Below the pieces are notes generated by a model that saw only the letters and a program-made list of their open reading frames with translations, ran no database searches and was not told the origin of the DNA. Below are positions 1 through 12,869 of a stretch of DNA of 64,000 nt, one piece after another; position 1 is the first letter of the stretch; every line of letters begins with the position of its first letter. Made by a program: the position numbers and the translations under genes. Origin of the DNA: the human T2T-CHM13v2.0 reference genome, Homo sapiens; the NCBI RefSeq assembly GCF_009914755.1, contig NC_060927.1; one strand, 5' to 3'.

Positions 1-977
1 TCTAAGCAGGTACAGTAAATCCCTGCTAAGAAATTTAGCTTACTTTAAAATAATTTGCTTTCATTATTAGTGTAATGTTAGAATCCATCCTTACACATAT
101 TCTCCAGGTCTTTACTAATATAAACTAGCAAAATTTTGCAATTTTCTGGTGAGTAATGTTTCTCCACCTGGGAGTGAACATGTGGTTGCTTCTGCATCCT
201 CTCTACCCCAACAGAGTAAGAGGGTCTGACACTGATCCTTGATCTACAGATAATGAAGGGTGGTGTGTGAGAATTCACTTTCTTTTACATGATGAGGGTG
301 TTGGTTTAGGGTATTAACAGATTGACAGGTGTTTATATAGGGTACCACTGCCCAGGAGAAAGGGAAGAGAAGTTGCTTTCACTGGTAAGTGAGGCTATGT
401 AAGAATTGTAGATCTGGAGTACTCAGAGATATTTGAATCCTCTCACATGAGTCCTTTCAATTTTCAGGGCTCTACTCCTTCCCAGTCAGTGGTCTGAATT
501 TCACCTAAGAGACCTGGCAAGCATTTATATTCAGTTGATGTCATTTGACAAAATTTAATTAATTTGATTACCTTAGCACTGTGACTACAGGAGACAAATA
601 CTTTTAGCCTAGTCATAGAAACTTCTCACTGTACTTTGAACTGAGAATTTGGGATTTTGAGCTTATAATATCCTCTTTTTTGGTAATTCTTTAGTATAAT
701 TAGAAGTTTACTGTTTACCCTACAGGGTTTATATTCTATATGTCCTTCACACTGTTCTATGGCAGTGGGTACTCAGTCCTCTGAAGCCAGCCTTTAGCTC
801 GTCCTTCATTCCTGTTAACCGTAGGTGATAATTTAATTAAATATTCAATCACCATGTTTCATGGGCTGCCAGAGGCTGGATCCTTACTACTTCCAAATCC
901 AATCTGCCCATATAACGAATCTCAAATTTCTATTTTCTTGGGGATATGGTATTTTCAGCCATACCTGCAATTAATTC
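1..977 (-). mobile_element. Old MaLR/ERVL internal region, gag-like remnant (runs off the window start)
   Basis: Minus-strand translation of about 436-519 gives CQVS*VKFRPLTGKE*SPEN*, resembling the ERVL/MaLR gag motif RQVSxVKVRALIGKEWDPENW. About 825-870 gives SP*NMVIEYLIKLSP, resembling the gag N-terminus. It abuts the LTR at about 978. Confidence 0.5.
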
Positions 978-1440
978 AGTATATGTCAGGATTCTGGTTG
1001 GAACAAAAAGAAATTACTTAGCTTTTTTAAACAGCAAAAGAATTTGTTAAAATATATTAGGTGGATTACCTAACCTCTAGGAAGGTTAGAGATCTAGGCT
1101 GTGAAGCTGTACAGCCAGAGAACATATACACACAACACTAGAGTGCTGCTTCAGCAAATACACCACTGCTCTTGCCATTGGGAGATAATGCAGCTTGCAC
1201 TGTACACACTGGACATAGTAGAAATTGTGTTCATGCTACTTCCCAAAGTTTGATTTTCCTCTTACCATTCACAGCAGAAGATGGATTCCTTATCACAGCT
1301 GCATCTTATTGTTGCTTCTTTCCCAATTGAAGTTTTCTGTGGATGTATCTAATTGGCCTAGCCTATGTCACATGCCAGTGTTCTATCTGTAAAGGTAGCA
1401 GAGAATGAGTTCTAGCTTCTCTAACTTTGAGAGTGAGAGG
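978..1440 (-). mobile_element. MLT1-family LTR (old L/M/N-like type), probable 5' LTR of the element above
   Basis: tatgtcaggattctggttggaacaaaaagaaa...aaaagaatttgtt and tctaattggcctagcctatgtcacatgcc resemble reverse-strand MLT1 LTR blocks. Boundaries approximate. Confidence 0.5.
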
Positions 1441-1499
1441 TAGGGGTTAATTGTCTAAGATGGATTTCCTGCAGGCTGGTCTACAGGAAAACTTACCTC

Positions 1500-2350
1500 C
1501 TTCCCAGGGTGGAATGATTTAGGAAGTAAATGTTGTTCCATGCTAACTGGCTATAGCTCATTGCTTGAGGGAATCATTCTTGATAGAGTGTAGGTGGTAA
1601 GTCAGGTCCGGGGGCCTGGATAATGCTGTATCCACAAGGCTTGCATCCTTGATCATGCCAGTGAATGGGTTGGTTCTCCTAATGGTGCAGCTTAAATGCC
1701 TATGGCCTGAAAACCAAAATCCTTTTTCCAAAGTTTAATGTCTGTCCTTGCTAAATCCTAGTAAGCTACTGTAGCATATGAAGAGCAATAGAGAAACAGC
1801 TCTCTTACTGTTGTCTCTGTTAGTCTGACTTAATAAATACTGTCCTAGAGGGTCCAATGTGTATTATTTCTAATTATTTCCTTTGGGTTATGCACAGCAG
1901 GTTGGCAGATCTCATTAATACTATGAAAAGATGAGCATCTACAGGCTTAACAAATTTCCACTGCAGACAAATAAACCAATCCATAATCTGATTTTCTTTA
2001 TATTGAAACAAAGACTCATTGTAATTATAAATAATTGGCTAGAATGATGGGGTTTTTATTACTAACTGTATAGTTGAGATCCTTGATTTGATATCTTAAA
2101 TTGGGTCTATACTATAAAATTTAGAAGTTATAAGGAAATGGAGAAATTTAGAGCAAAAACAAGTAAAATATATAAAATAACATATTTCTCTGGTTCCTAT
2201 TCAGCATGGTCTGGCTTCAATTCTGCAAAATGCAGGCTAATTTTGCCACAGATTATTATTTTTTGAAATATGTTTTAAGAACTCTGAATATGGCCACACT
2301 GCCTTAGAAAACTGCAGTGGCTGACCTATACCACCTGATCTAAAAAACAG
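1500..2350 (-). mobile_element. Possible ancient retroviral/Gypsy pol (integrase) remnant
   Basis: The minus strand has cacattggaccc (HIGP, compare integrase DxIGPLP) and accaacccattcactggcatgatc (compare HPQSSGxIER). Heavily decayed, weak support. Confidence 0.25.
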
Positions 2351-2404
2351 AATGGCTATGGCTACAGCTTTTAAGTACTCTCAGTTATTTTCATACTCTA
2401 TAGG

Positions 2405-4705
2405 TGATATAGTTTGGGACTGTGTCCTCACCCAAATATCATCTTGAATTGCACTCCTATAATTCCCACATGTTGTGGGAGAGACCCAGTGGGAGATAAT
2501 TTGGATCATTGGGGTAGTTTTCCCCGTACTGTTCTTGAGGTAGTGAATAAGTCTCACGAGATCTTATAGCTTTGTCAGGGGTTTCTGCTTTTGCGTTTCC
2601 TCATTTTCTCTTGCTGCCACCAGATAAGAAGTGCCTTTTGCCTCCCACCATGATTCTGAGGCCTCCTGCCATGATTCTGAGGCCTCCTCAGCCACGTGGA
2701 ACTGTAAGTCCAGTTAAACTTCTTTTTCTTCCCAGCCTCGGGTATGTCTTTGTCAGCAGCATGAAAACAGACTAATACAGTAAATTGGTACCACAAGTGG
2801 GATGTTGCTGAAAAGATACCCGAAAATGTGGAAGCGACTTTGGAACTGGTTAACAGGCAGAGGTTGGAACAATTTGGAGGGCTCAAAAGAAAACAGGAAA
2901 ATGCGGGAAAGTTTGGAACTTCCTAGAGACTTGTTAAATGGCTTTGACCAAAACCCTGATAGTGATAAGGACAACAAAGCCCAGGCTGAGGTGGTCTCAG
3001 ATGGAAATGAGGAACTTGTTGGGAACTGGAAAAAAGGTGATTCTTGTTATGTTTAGCAAACAGACTGCTGGCATTTTACCCCTGCCCTAGAGATTTGTGG
3101 AACTTTGAACTTGAGAAAGATGATTTAGGGTACCTGGTGGAAGAAATTTCTAAGCAGCAAAGCATCCAAGAGGTGACTTGGGTGATGTTGAAGGCATTCA
3201 GTCTTATAAGGGAAGCAGAGAATAGAAGTTCAGAACATTTGCAGCCTGAAAATGTGATAGGAAAGAAAAACCAGTTTTCTAAGGAGAAATTCAAGCTGGC
3301 TGCAGAGATTTGCATAAGTAACGAGGATCCAAATGTTAATCCCCAAGACAATGGGGAAAAAGGTCTCCAGGGTATGTAAGAGACTTTTGCAGCAGCCCCT
3401 CCCATTACAGGCCCAGAGGCCTAAGAGAAAATGGTTTCATGGGTTGGGCCCTGGGTCCCCATGCTGTGTGCAGTCTTGAGACTTGATGCCCTGCATCCCA
3501 GCCACTCCAGCCATGGCTGATAGGAGCCAATGTAGAGCTTGGGCTGTAGCTTCAGAGGGTACAAGCCCCAACACTTGGCAGCTTCTACATGGTGTTGAGC
3601 CTGTGAGTGCACAGAAGTCAAGAATTGGGGTTTGGGAACCTCCGCCTAGATTTCAGAAGATGTATAGAAACACCTGGATGCCCCAGGCAGAAATTTGCTG
3701 CCAGGGCAGGGTGCTCATGAAGAACCTCTGCTAGGGCAGCGCAGAAGGGAAATGTGGGGTGGGAGCCCCCACGTAGAGTCCCTACTGGCGTACTGCCTAG
3801 TGGAGCTGTGAGAAGAGGGCCACCGTCCTCCAGACCCCAGAATGGTAGATCTACCAGCAGCTTGCACCATTCACGTGGAAAAGCTGCAGACACTCAATGC
3901 CAGCACATGAAAACAGCTGGGAGGAGGCTGTACCCTGCAAAGCCACAGGGGCAGAACTGCCCAAGACCATAGGAACCCGTCTCTTGCATCAATGTGTCCT
4001 GGATTTCAGACGTGTAGTCAAAAGAGACCATTTTGTAGCTTTAAAATTTGGCTGCCTTACTGGATTTTGAACTTGCATGGGCCCTGTAACCACTTTGTTT
4101 TGGCCAATTTCTCTCATTTAGAGTAGCTGTATTTACCCAATACCTGTACCCCCATTGTATCTAGGAAGTAACTAACTTGCTTTTGATTTTACAGGCTCAT
4201 AGGCAGAAGGGACTTTCCTTGTCTCAGATGAGACTTTGGACTGTGAACTTCTGGATCAATGCTGAAATGAGTTAAGACTGCGGGACTGTTGGGAAGGTAT
4301 GATTGATTTTTAAATGTGAGGACATGAGATTTGGAGATGCCAGGGGCAGAATGATATAGTTTGGCTTTGTGTCCCCACCCAAATCTCATCTTGAATTTCA
4401 CTTCTGTAACTGGCACATGTTCTGGAAGAAACCCAGTGGGAGATAATTTGAATCATGGGGGTGTTTTCTCCATATTGTTCTTATGATAGTGAATAAGTCT
4501 CACAAGATCTGATGGCTTTGTTAGGGGTTTCCACTTTTGCCTCTTTCTCATTTTCTCTTGCCACCACCATGTAAAAAGTGCCTTTCACCTCCTGCCATAA
4601 TTCTGAGGCCTTCTCAGCTATGTGGAATTGTAAGTCCAATTAAATCTCTTTTTCTTCCCAGTCTTGGGTATGTCTTTATCAGCAGCATGAAAATGGACTA
4701 ATACA
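2405..4705 (+). mobile_element. Full-length THE1A (ERVL-MaLR): LTR-int-LTR
   Basis: LTRs 2405-2779 and 4352-4705 (TGATATAGTTTGG...ACTAATACA). Internal region starts GTAAATTGGTACCA. 5-bp TSD ATAGG (2400-2404) / ATATG (4706-4710), one mismatch. Confidence 0.92.
2802..3379 (+). pseudogene. Disrupted MaLR internal (gag-derived) ORF of THE1A
   Basis: ORFs 2802-3056 (ESLELPRDLLNGFDQN...EELVGNWKKGDSCYV) and 3044-3379 (PCPRDLWNFELEKDDLGYLVEEISKQQSIQEVTW) are consecutive pieces of the MaLR ORF split by a frameshift near 3050. Confidence 0.8.
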
Positions 4706-5059
4706 ATATGTCTGTCTGTAGATATTAACTAGTCCAATTTGATGTCTAAGCTTTTATTATTATTTGCTGGAACAGAATAAAATGAATAATAAATAGAGAT
4801 AGAGAAGCAGAGAGAAATAGAAATGTTTGTGAGTTGTTCAGATGATGGGTTTCCTAGGGGAGTAGATTCATCAGACTTCTTTGAGTTGTATATTAATGCT
4901 CAAATGTCCTAGATATCACCACCTTATGACTTACTTTCTTTTCAATGTTCCTATAACTGTATTGTGAATCCTTGATTGCATAAAGTCTGGGATTGTACTT
5001 GGTTCACCTTCCCAAATATTTATGAGGATTCTTAGGGTTAAACACTACTTTTGGTATTT

Positions 5060-5850
5060 ATCATTCTTATGCTTTTCTTTATATTTTTATTGCACATGGA
5101 CGCATTTCTAAGTAGCATATGGCATATCATTATATGTTGGAAATTTTAAGTAAATGGTATCATATTATCCATATACATTTATGTTTAATTTGATGGTAGG
5201 TTTATTATTTTTTTTTGAAATATACTTGTATATATATATATATATATGTATACATACATAAAAATTTATTTTTACAGTTTTATAGTGTTTCATTACTTAA
5301 GAATGCTATAAATGCTTATTTCTACCTCCTTTCTAAATTTTTACATTACAAAAACTGAGCTTATGACTTGTGTTTTGGGCATGTGTCTTTCTAAAGTATA
5401 TAGGCAAGAATGAAATTGCTGGGTCTTCAACTTGACAACTGTCAAACTGTTTTCTAAAGTGACAGTGCCAAATTATGCTCACATCAATGTGAGATTATTT
5501 CTCAGTCCCTATTCCATGTTTTGCCTACCTGACTACCACTGGAGTTAAATGTCTTTTATTATGTTTATTTGGCCATTTGGATTTTCAAAATAAATTGTCT
5601 TTCATAAACTTTGCCCATTTTTCTGTTGGGCTACTGTCTTTTTCTTATCACTTGCATAAATTATTTATATTATTAAATCTCGTATTTGTTTACATGACTC
5701 ATAGCTATCTTCTAACAATGTATGGCATGTCTTTTCACTATTTTTAAGAAATAATGTTTAATTTAGTGCAAGTTATGAGATTTCTACTGGTTGGTTTTCC
5801 TAAGATGTCTATTTTCACAGCTTCTGGTTTAAGAAAAGGGGCATGAAGTC
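5060..5850 (-). mobile_element. Old L1M (L1ME-like) 3' fragment
   Basis: T-rich L1 antisense motifs such as gaatgaaattgctgggtc and ctttgcccatttttctgttggg. Boundaries approximate. Confidence 0.55.
5229..5246. repeat. (TA)9 microsatellite
   Basis: Read directly. Confidence 0.9.
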
Positions 5851-5852
5851 AG

Positions 5853-6215
5853 TGATATGGTTTGGCTGTGTCCCCAACCAAATCTCATCTTGAATTGTAG
5901 CTCCCATTATTCCCACATAATGGGAATAATGTGAGAGGGACCTGGTGTGAGACAATTGAATTATGGGGCCAATTGCCCCCATGCTGTTCTCATGGTAGTG
6001 AATAAGTCTCATGAGATCTGATGGTTTTATAACCCTTTGTGCCTGGTTCTCATTCTCTCTTGCCACCACCATGTAAAAAGTGCCTTCCATCTTCCACCAT
6101 GATTGTGATGCTTCCTGAGCCATGTGGAACTGTGAGTCCATTAAATCTCTTTTTCTTTATAAATTACCTAGTCTTGGGTATGTTTTTATCAGCAGCATGA
6201 AAACAAACTAATATA
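5853..6215 (+). mobile_element. THE1 solo LTR (THE1C-like)
   Basis: TGATATGGTTTGGCTGTGTCCCC...AAACTAATATA with a perfect 5-bp TSD GTCAG (5848-5852 / 6216-6220). Confidence 0.9.
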
Positions 6216-6299
6216 GTCAGATCATATTTCTTTTCTTGAAAAGCATTCAGGATAATGAGAAATTTATTCTTTACTTTGTTTTATTTATTTTTACATACT

Positions 6300-6860
6300 T
6301 AGGTATGTGAGAAGAAACATAAAGAAAAATACCTGTGCTTGTGAAAGAAAGAGGCAAAGAAAATATTTTGAAGTGAGAAGCCCACAAGAAGGTGTAATAT
6401 CCAAAATTCTCTTTATAACAATGTGAATTAGGTGCAGACATTGGGTTGAAAGGTTTTCTGTAACTAATTGTTATGGCTGAAGAAATAACAAGACTGGCTA
6501 TATTTTTAGCGGATAGCCTGTCAATGTGGAAAGACAATAGAAGATACTTTGTAGTCTGGGAAGAGGTTAAAAAACATATACCCAACTAGGTTGTAATGAA
6601 AATTTCAACCAAAAGGAAAGTGGCACATACCCAGCTTTAGGAATCATATGCAAACATCCTGAGAAGAAAACCTTACCTTCTAAAATGTTAAGTAATAAAA
6701 AAATGAATTGACACAGTATATATTCAAAGATAAAAGGAAAAGTGAGAAAAGAAATGACAGTAACATGCAATGGATGGAAAATAAATATCACTCCATAGAC
6801 AAAAGAAATTGTGGTCAAACACTTCTCATAAATTGTAAATTCATAAATAAGTAAACATAT
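6300..6860 (+). mobile_element. Possible HAL1 / old L1 ORF1-like fragment
   Basis: A-rich plus-strand segment; agactggct...aagacaatagaagatacttt...cccaacta loosely resembles the L1 ORF1 C-terminal region. Confidence 0.3.
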
Positions 6861-6959
6861 ATATATGTGCTTGTGTGTTTTAAATATTTGTGTTGTGTAA
6901 GAACATGCTTGCAATTCATTTGTAGATCTTGTTGGGGTATTGGCAATCATATAGCATAT

Positions 6960-7920
6960 GCATATTGATATTTTAATTTATTTTTTCTCTTAATCCTAAC
7001 TTTGATTCATTTGTATTGTCTTGTATAGGCTGGGGCATTTGACACAAGGTTAAGTAGAGGTAGCAAAGTATAGAAGCAATGAAATCAGTATATTTCTGCC
7101 TTTAATGAAAGTGCTTCTGAAGCTTCACTGTATATATGCCCAAGATAACCATTATCAGGTTAAGAAAGATCTTCTCTATTTATAATTTAAAAGATGCTTT
7201 TCCATGAATAAGTGTTGAGCTTTTACTAAGTGTATTTTCCCTTATATTAAGGTCATCATGATTTTTTTCTTTTAATCTGTTAATTTGGTGAATTATATTA
7301 ATCAAGTTTCTAATGTAAAATTACCTTTTTTTATTTTCCCAGAGACATTTTGCTTTTGCTTTTGCTAAGACCTCAAAATGTTACCATTTGGGGAATATTT
7401 TACTGATACATTTTCAGCTTGGGGCTTCTTGGGCAAGGTGAGCCATAAAAATGTGAATTCCTAAATTTGTATGATGGCTCATATCTGATTACTAATTTTA
7501 TATGAAGTATTTTCTTCTTCTTCTTTATTTTATTTTCACTAATAGCACTGGCCCTGACAGATCAACATTTTTTTTTCCTTTGCTTGTTGATATATTTATT
7601 CTTGTCAAGTGTTTCACTGAATATATAGTTCTTTGGTTCTTCATTGAAAATGAACTTTTTGATTCCCCACTTTCTTCTTTCCAAAGGTTCTAGATCTGGT
7701 CATCTCTCTTTCTCTGTTGCATTAAAGTTAAAACCTTTTCACTACTCTTTGGATACCCCAAAATGTTTAAGTGCCAATTTCAGCTTTCACTTGATGTTGA
7801 AGCTCTGAGTATTTTTCCTTCCTCCTTTTGAGCTTTACTTTCATTTTCGTTATATTTTAACCAGTATTTCCAGTTTTTTGGTATAGGGAATTTTTAGGCT
7901 ATCTAGTTAGCCATACAAAG
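6960..7920 (-). mobile_element. Old L1M fragments (ORF2 and L1ME3-like 3' region)
   Basis: ttatcaggttaagaaag...tttaatctgttaatttggtgaattatatt is antisense L1 ORF2; ttttcagcttgggg resembles an L1ME3 3' UTR. Confidence 0.5.
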
Positions 7921-8584
7921 AAAAATTATCAACAGGACATTTTTGAAGTTAGATAATGCTGGTGACCTTGAGTCTGGTATGCTAAAAATGTTTGTGTGTA
8001 TGTTTTCTGAGTCTTAACTACTTCCTAACATAATTTGTGCAATTTTCTTTCAAATCCCAATTCCTTAGTATTTTTATGTTTACTTGTACACATTGTTTTG
8101 ATCTCATATAAACAAAGACCTTGACTTGCAGTTATGTGTGTACTTGATCCTTGACATAACATTGGCTCAAATCAATAATTTGATAACATAAAGCTGATTT
8201 TGGCCTATACAAATATCTTGGTCCTTCTCTGAGGGTGCTGCTGCATTGTGTTGAACTGTAAGTTCAAGTTGCTGCCTTTTTTCTCTTCTCAGAAATATTC
8301 ATATTAATAAGCCTTTTGCTTTATGCCAAAGTAGAACATTTTTAATGAAGGAATCTTAATTTGAATTGGCCTAATGTTATTAGCATACTCAGAGAGATTT
8401 ACAAAGGGTCAGTTGAAAAGAATAAAGCTAGTATTTCATGATACATAATTTGAAGTTTTTGGTAGTACTGGAAAATAACATTTTCAAATGTATTTAAATC
8501 TTTCTACTTTTATAACTGTGTTGTATATCAAAGCTATTTGAATTAGTTAGGGAAGGAGTTTACTTTTAATATAAATTCAGTGCA

Positions 8585-8835
8585 TAATAAGAGCAAGCTT
8601 ATATTGTAGTAACTATATGCAGGCATTGTTTCAACTACTTTACATATATTAACTCATTTAATGTGCACAATGGCCATCTATGAAGTAATTATTATTAACC
8701 TTTCCAGTTTACAGTTGTGGACAGTAAGGCATAGTGAGATAAAGTATCTTGTGCCAAGTCACACCACTGGTTAGAATAGAGCTTAGAGAGTAAAACTCAG
8801 TCAAGAATCCATAGTCTAGTCCCTTAACTACATGA
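8585..8835 (-). mobile_element. MIR SINE
   Basis: ttacatatattaactcatttaat...tttacagttgtggacagtaaggcatagtgagataaagtatcttgtgccaagtcacac is the antisense MIR core. Confidence 0.75.
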
Positions 8836-10525
8836 TATTACTTTCTTTTCCTGGCTGCAAAATATATTTTCTATGATTTCTATGGTTTATTCTATATTAA
8901 ATAATGTATTAAAGGGGTATAATGAATTTGATGCTCAATTAGCCTGTTTTTGAAGAAAGCTTATATACATTTTGCATAGCAGGTTTATATTCAAAATTGA
9001 CAGATAGTATAAGCTTTTAAAAATCTTTGAAGACACCCATATTTTGTATTAAGTGCCTCATAAAATTATTTTAAAATATGTATGTAACTTGTACTGTCTT
9101 CCTTAATAAATTTCTGCATACGTCTTGGTTTATTCAGCTTTTGTAAATCTTATTACCCACACAAGATGCAGATCATCATAATATATTTTAGATTGATCAG
9201 GTTAGTATTATTGACCTGGAATGAACATTAAAGATTATCTCACACAATCTCTGCATTTTGGGGATGAGAAAGCAGAAGTCCAGAAGAATGGAAACGACAT
9301 ATTGCAGAGCAGGGGTGAAAACCTCTATCTTCTTGCTTTTAGAACAGTGGAGTCATATCTTACATAGGTATTAAGTTCTACATTTATTTAGTAAGGAAAA
9401 AGTAAACATGGTAAAAACTGTCATTTAAAAATCCCATGGGAAGGGGTATGCTATTGAATCTAGTTTTCTTCAATATTGAAACATTTGGTTATTTCTTCCT
9501 GGGATATCCAGATTATTTAGATGGTTCATGTCTTCCTTAGACTTGGCTATCGACACTTTTGTGAAAATAGGCTATAAAGATGGTCTCAAAATCTTGGTGG
9601 CTTAGTTCAATTAAAGGTTATTTTTTTCTCTGGTTGGAGTCCAATGTTGGGTTCGTGGCATATCTATTCCGAGGAACCCAGGTCATCCCATGGTCCCACC
9701 ATCTCACCATTTTGTAGCTTCAAGGTCACTCTAGCATTATCCTTTTGGTAGAATAGAAAGATATTTTGAAATTTGGAATTTTAACATCTTACATAGCTTA
9801 CATTTAGGGACCATGTTGTACAAAAACTACATATATTTAAGCATTAGAATAATGCTCTGCATGAGAGATGATCATATTCTTAAAGGCAAGTAGAGATGGT
9901 AAATTAATATTTTTTCTATATCATGCTCACTACAAGTCATATCTAGTAAAATATTTATTTATTATCACTTTTTTTTCTGTTTTACTGAAGTATTTCAGTA
10001 ACTATTAAGGAAAGCATTGAGAACACCTTTTTTTTTTTTGAAAATATACTTTCTGCTTGCCAGGGATTAAGAGAACAGTAGCAGAAACAGACACAAAATA
10101 AGCTGTAATACAATGTGTTAAGCCAAGAAGCTAGTGTTTTTAAAACAGAGTGATTAGTGCCAAAACCCAGTGACCATGTTTTGTTATTTATCCATGCTCT
10201 TATAGGTGAAATTCTCTCTACCTGAAAGAAGGATATTTATTAATTTAATTCAAAATTATACGGTACTCTTAAGTGTTAGGAGTAAAAATATTAAAACATA
10301 ATATATGCAGGTTCAATATAAAGACCTCAGTGAGCGAAAGTAAAGTAATTGTACCTTCTATAAGCACAATTTTTATAATGAAATTAAAATGGAGAGAACT
10401 AAAGGGTAAATCTGGGTATTTTCAACTTTACTGATCATATAAAAATCCTCTCAAAAATTATATTCTGTGTATGATTTGATATACAAGCTTAATGAAATTA
10501 TATAAATATTCTATGAATAATCTGG

Positions 10526-10694
10526 GGCTGGGTGTGGTGGCTCATGCCTGTAATCTGAGCACTTTGGGAGGCCGAGGCAGGAGAATTGCTTGAGTCTATG
10601 TGTTTGAGACCAGCCTGGGCAACATAGTGGGAGTTTATCTCTATAAAAAAGAAAATTTAAAAATTCGCCACGTGTGGTGTCATGCACCTGTAAT
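10526..10694 (+). mobile_element. AluJ-like, left arm plus start of right arm, 3'-deleted
   Basis: ggctgggtgtggtggctcatgcctgtaat...gaccagcctgggcaacatag...A-rich linker...cacctgtaat, then an abrupt end with no tail. Confidence 0.85.
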
Positions 10695-10695
10695 T

Positions 10696-11052
10696 TCTGT
10701 TAAAACGTTGTTTCTGAGTGTGTCTGTGAGGGTGTTTCCAGAAGAGATTGTCATTTGAATCAGTGGACTTACTAAAGATTCACCCTCATCCAATATGAGA
10801 GGCACCATTCAATTGACTCAGGGATCAGATTGAGGAGTAGAACAACAACAAAAAAAAAACAGAGGAAAGGTGAGCTCTCTTTCTTCTGGCCCTGGGAAAA
10901 CCTTCTTCTCCTGCTCTTTTGTGTCAGGACTCCAGATTCTCAGTCCTTTGAACTCCAGGACTTGTACCCTGCCTGCCCCGCCTGCCTTCCTTTTACATCC
11001 CTTCAGATTTGGGATGAGAATTACACTGTCAGCTCCCCTAGTTCTGAGACCT
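10696..11052 (+). mobile_element. MLT2 (ERVL) LTR fragment
   Basis: taaaacgttgtttctgagtgtgtctgtgagggtgtttccagaagagattgtcatttgaatcagtggact...gaattacactgtcagctcccctagttctgag. Confidence 0.8.
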
Positions 11053-11147
11053 TACTTTATAAATAAAATGGTACTTGCCTTTATCTATATTCTTCTCACA
11101 TTTGAAAATATTGTTTTGAGTTGTTTCTTTATACTGGTCTGTATTTG

Positions 11148-11997
11148 TTTATTTCATTTTATTTTTAGTTGATGCATAACTGTATATATTTATGGGATAC
11201 AGAGTAAAATTTTAGTATACGTGCATAATGTGTAATGATCAAATCAAGGTAATTAGCATATCCATCACCTAAAATATTTATCTTTTTTTGTGTTGTGAAT
11301 ATCAATATCTTTTCATCTAGCTTTTTGAAAATATACAATAAATTATAGTTAACCATATTCATCCTACAGTGCTGCAAAACACCAGAACTCGTTCCTCCTA
11401 TCTGGCTGTAATTTTGTGTCTGTTAGCCAACCTCTCTCTGTCTTCTCCTCCCTCATTCCCTGTTCAGCCTCAAATATCCACAATTCTACTCTCTACTTCC
11501 GCGAACTCAAAAATTTTTTAGCTCTTACATATGAGTATGTGTTATGCCTGACTTCTATCTTCTATGCCTGACTTATTTCACTTATGATAATAACCTCCAA
11601 GCTCATCTATCTTTCCACAAGTGACAGGATTTTATTCTTTTTCGTAGCTGAATGGTATTTCATTGTGTATATTTGCCACATTTTCTTTACTTTTTAGTCT
11701 GTTGATAGACATTTAGGTCAATTCCATAGGTTGGCCACTGTGAATAATGCTGCAATAAACATGGGAGTGCAGGTATCCCTTCGATTTACAGATTTCCTTT
11801 TTTTTGGATAAATACCCAGTAATGGGACTGCTTGATCATACGGTAGTTCTATTTTTAGTTTTTTTAGAAACCTTCATACTTTTTTCAATAATGGCTGTAC
11901 TAATTTACATTCCCAGCCAATAAAGTATAAATGTTCCCTTTCCTTTATCCTCACCAGCATTTGTTATTTCTTGTCTTTTTTGATAATAGACATTCAA
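11148..11997 (-). mobile_element. L1MA (about MA6-8) 3' end
   Basis: tgtatatatttatgggatacag...tgtaatgatcaaatcaaggtaattagcatatccatcacc...gctgcaataaacatgggagtgcag...ggctgtactaatttacattccc. Confidence 0.85.
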
Positions 11998-12829
11998 CAG
12001 CTTTTTAATGGTAAAAGGCTCACTTTTATCATTAGATGCATTTAGAAAAACATCTTTCAACACAGTTTATTTTATTCCCATCCTTTTTATTTGGAGAGCT
12101 CTCTTCAAGAATACCTTTACATGTAGTTTATTTTACCATTTCCTAGTGCGTCTGCCATTTAAGAATTTTGATTCAGGTGTGGTACTGTCCTATGTGTATC
12201 TAATGTTGGATGATATAATATCTGATCTGCTGCTATAAATTTAAGACAACTGAGTACTTCTTTTAAAGCATGCCAGTTTTAAATCAGTTGAGAAACAAGA
12301 AAAAAAAAACCTCTGAAACCAAAGCAAACATTTATTGGACACATCTGTAGATGTGTTGTGCTTCTATGCTTTCATTTGAACTGAATGGTTGTCCATGTGT
12401 GAGGAAATAAATTTGAAAGCTAACTGAATGCTCTGGCCCATGTCTCCACGTATCTCCTGCATCATCTGGACTTTTAAAAGTATTAAATCACACATGGATG
12501 GCTGGGTTCTCCAAATAAAGTTGACAAGAGACAATTCTTTCATGTTTGTGTTAACCTCAACTCACTGAGAAGGCAACTGCTTTTGTGTAGAGTTTTACTG
12601 AATTTACAAACTCTTTTGTTTTCGGCAATTTCTTCTTTACTCTCAAGTTCTTGTCCAGATGCTTTCTTCTTCACATCTAACAGTCATTTTCCTTAAGATA
12701 CAGAATATGTAAATGAACTATCAAGTATCAGATTACATTTGGGAGAAAATGAAGTTTGAGCATATTCACAAAAAATAATTTCTGGAATATTCTACTTGTT
12801 TGAAGAATTACCCTTCACTGTGCCCCTAG

Positions 12830-12831
<2 letters not shown>

Positions 12832-12867
<36 letters not shown>
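12832..12867. repeat. (CA)18 microsatellite, with a short GA run nearby (about 12884-12897)
   Basis: Read directly. Confidence 0.95.

Positions 12868-12869
<2 letters not shown>

Noticed and set aside
2802-3972. ORFs in THE1A, and their counterparts at 26930-28295, as real genes
   Set aside because: They are frameshifted pieces of the MaLR internal ORF; no continuous reading frame survives.
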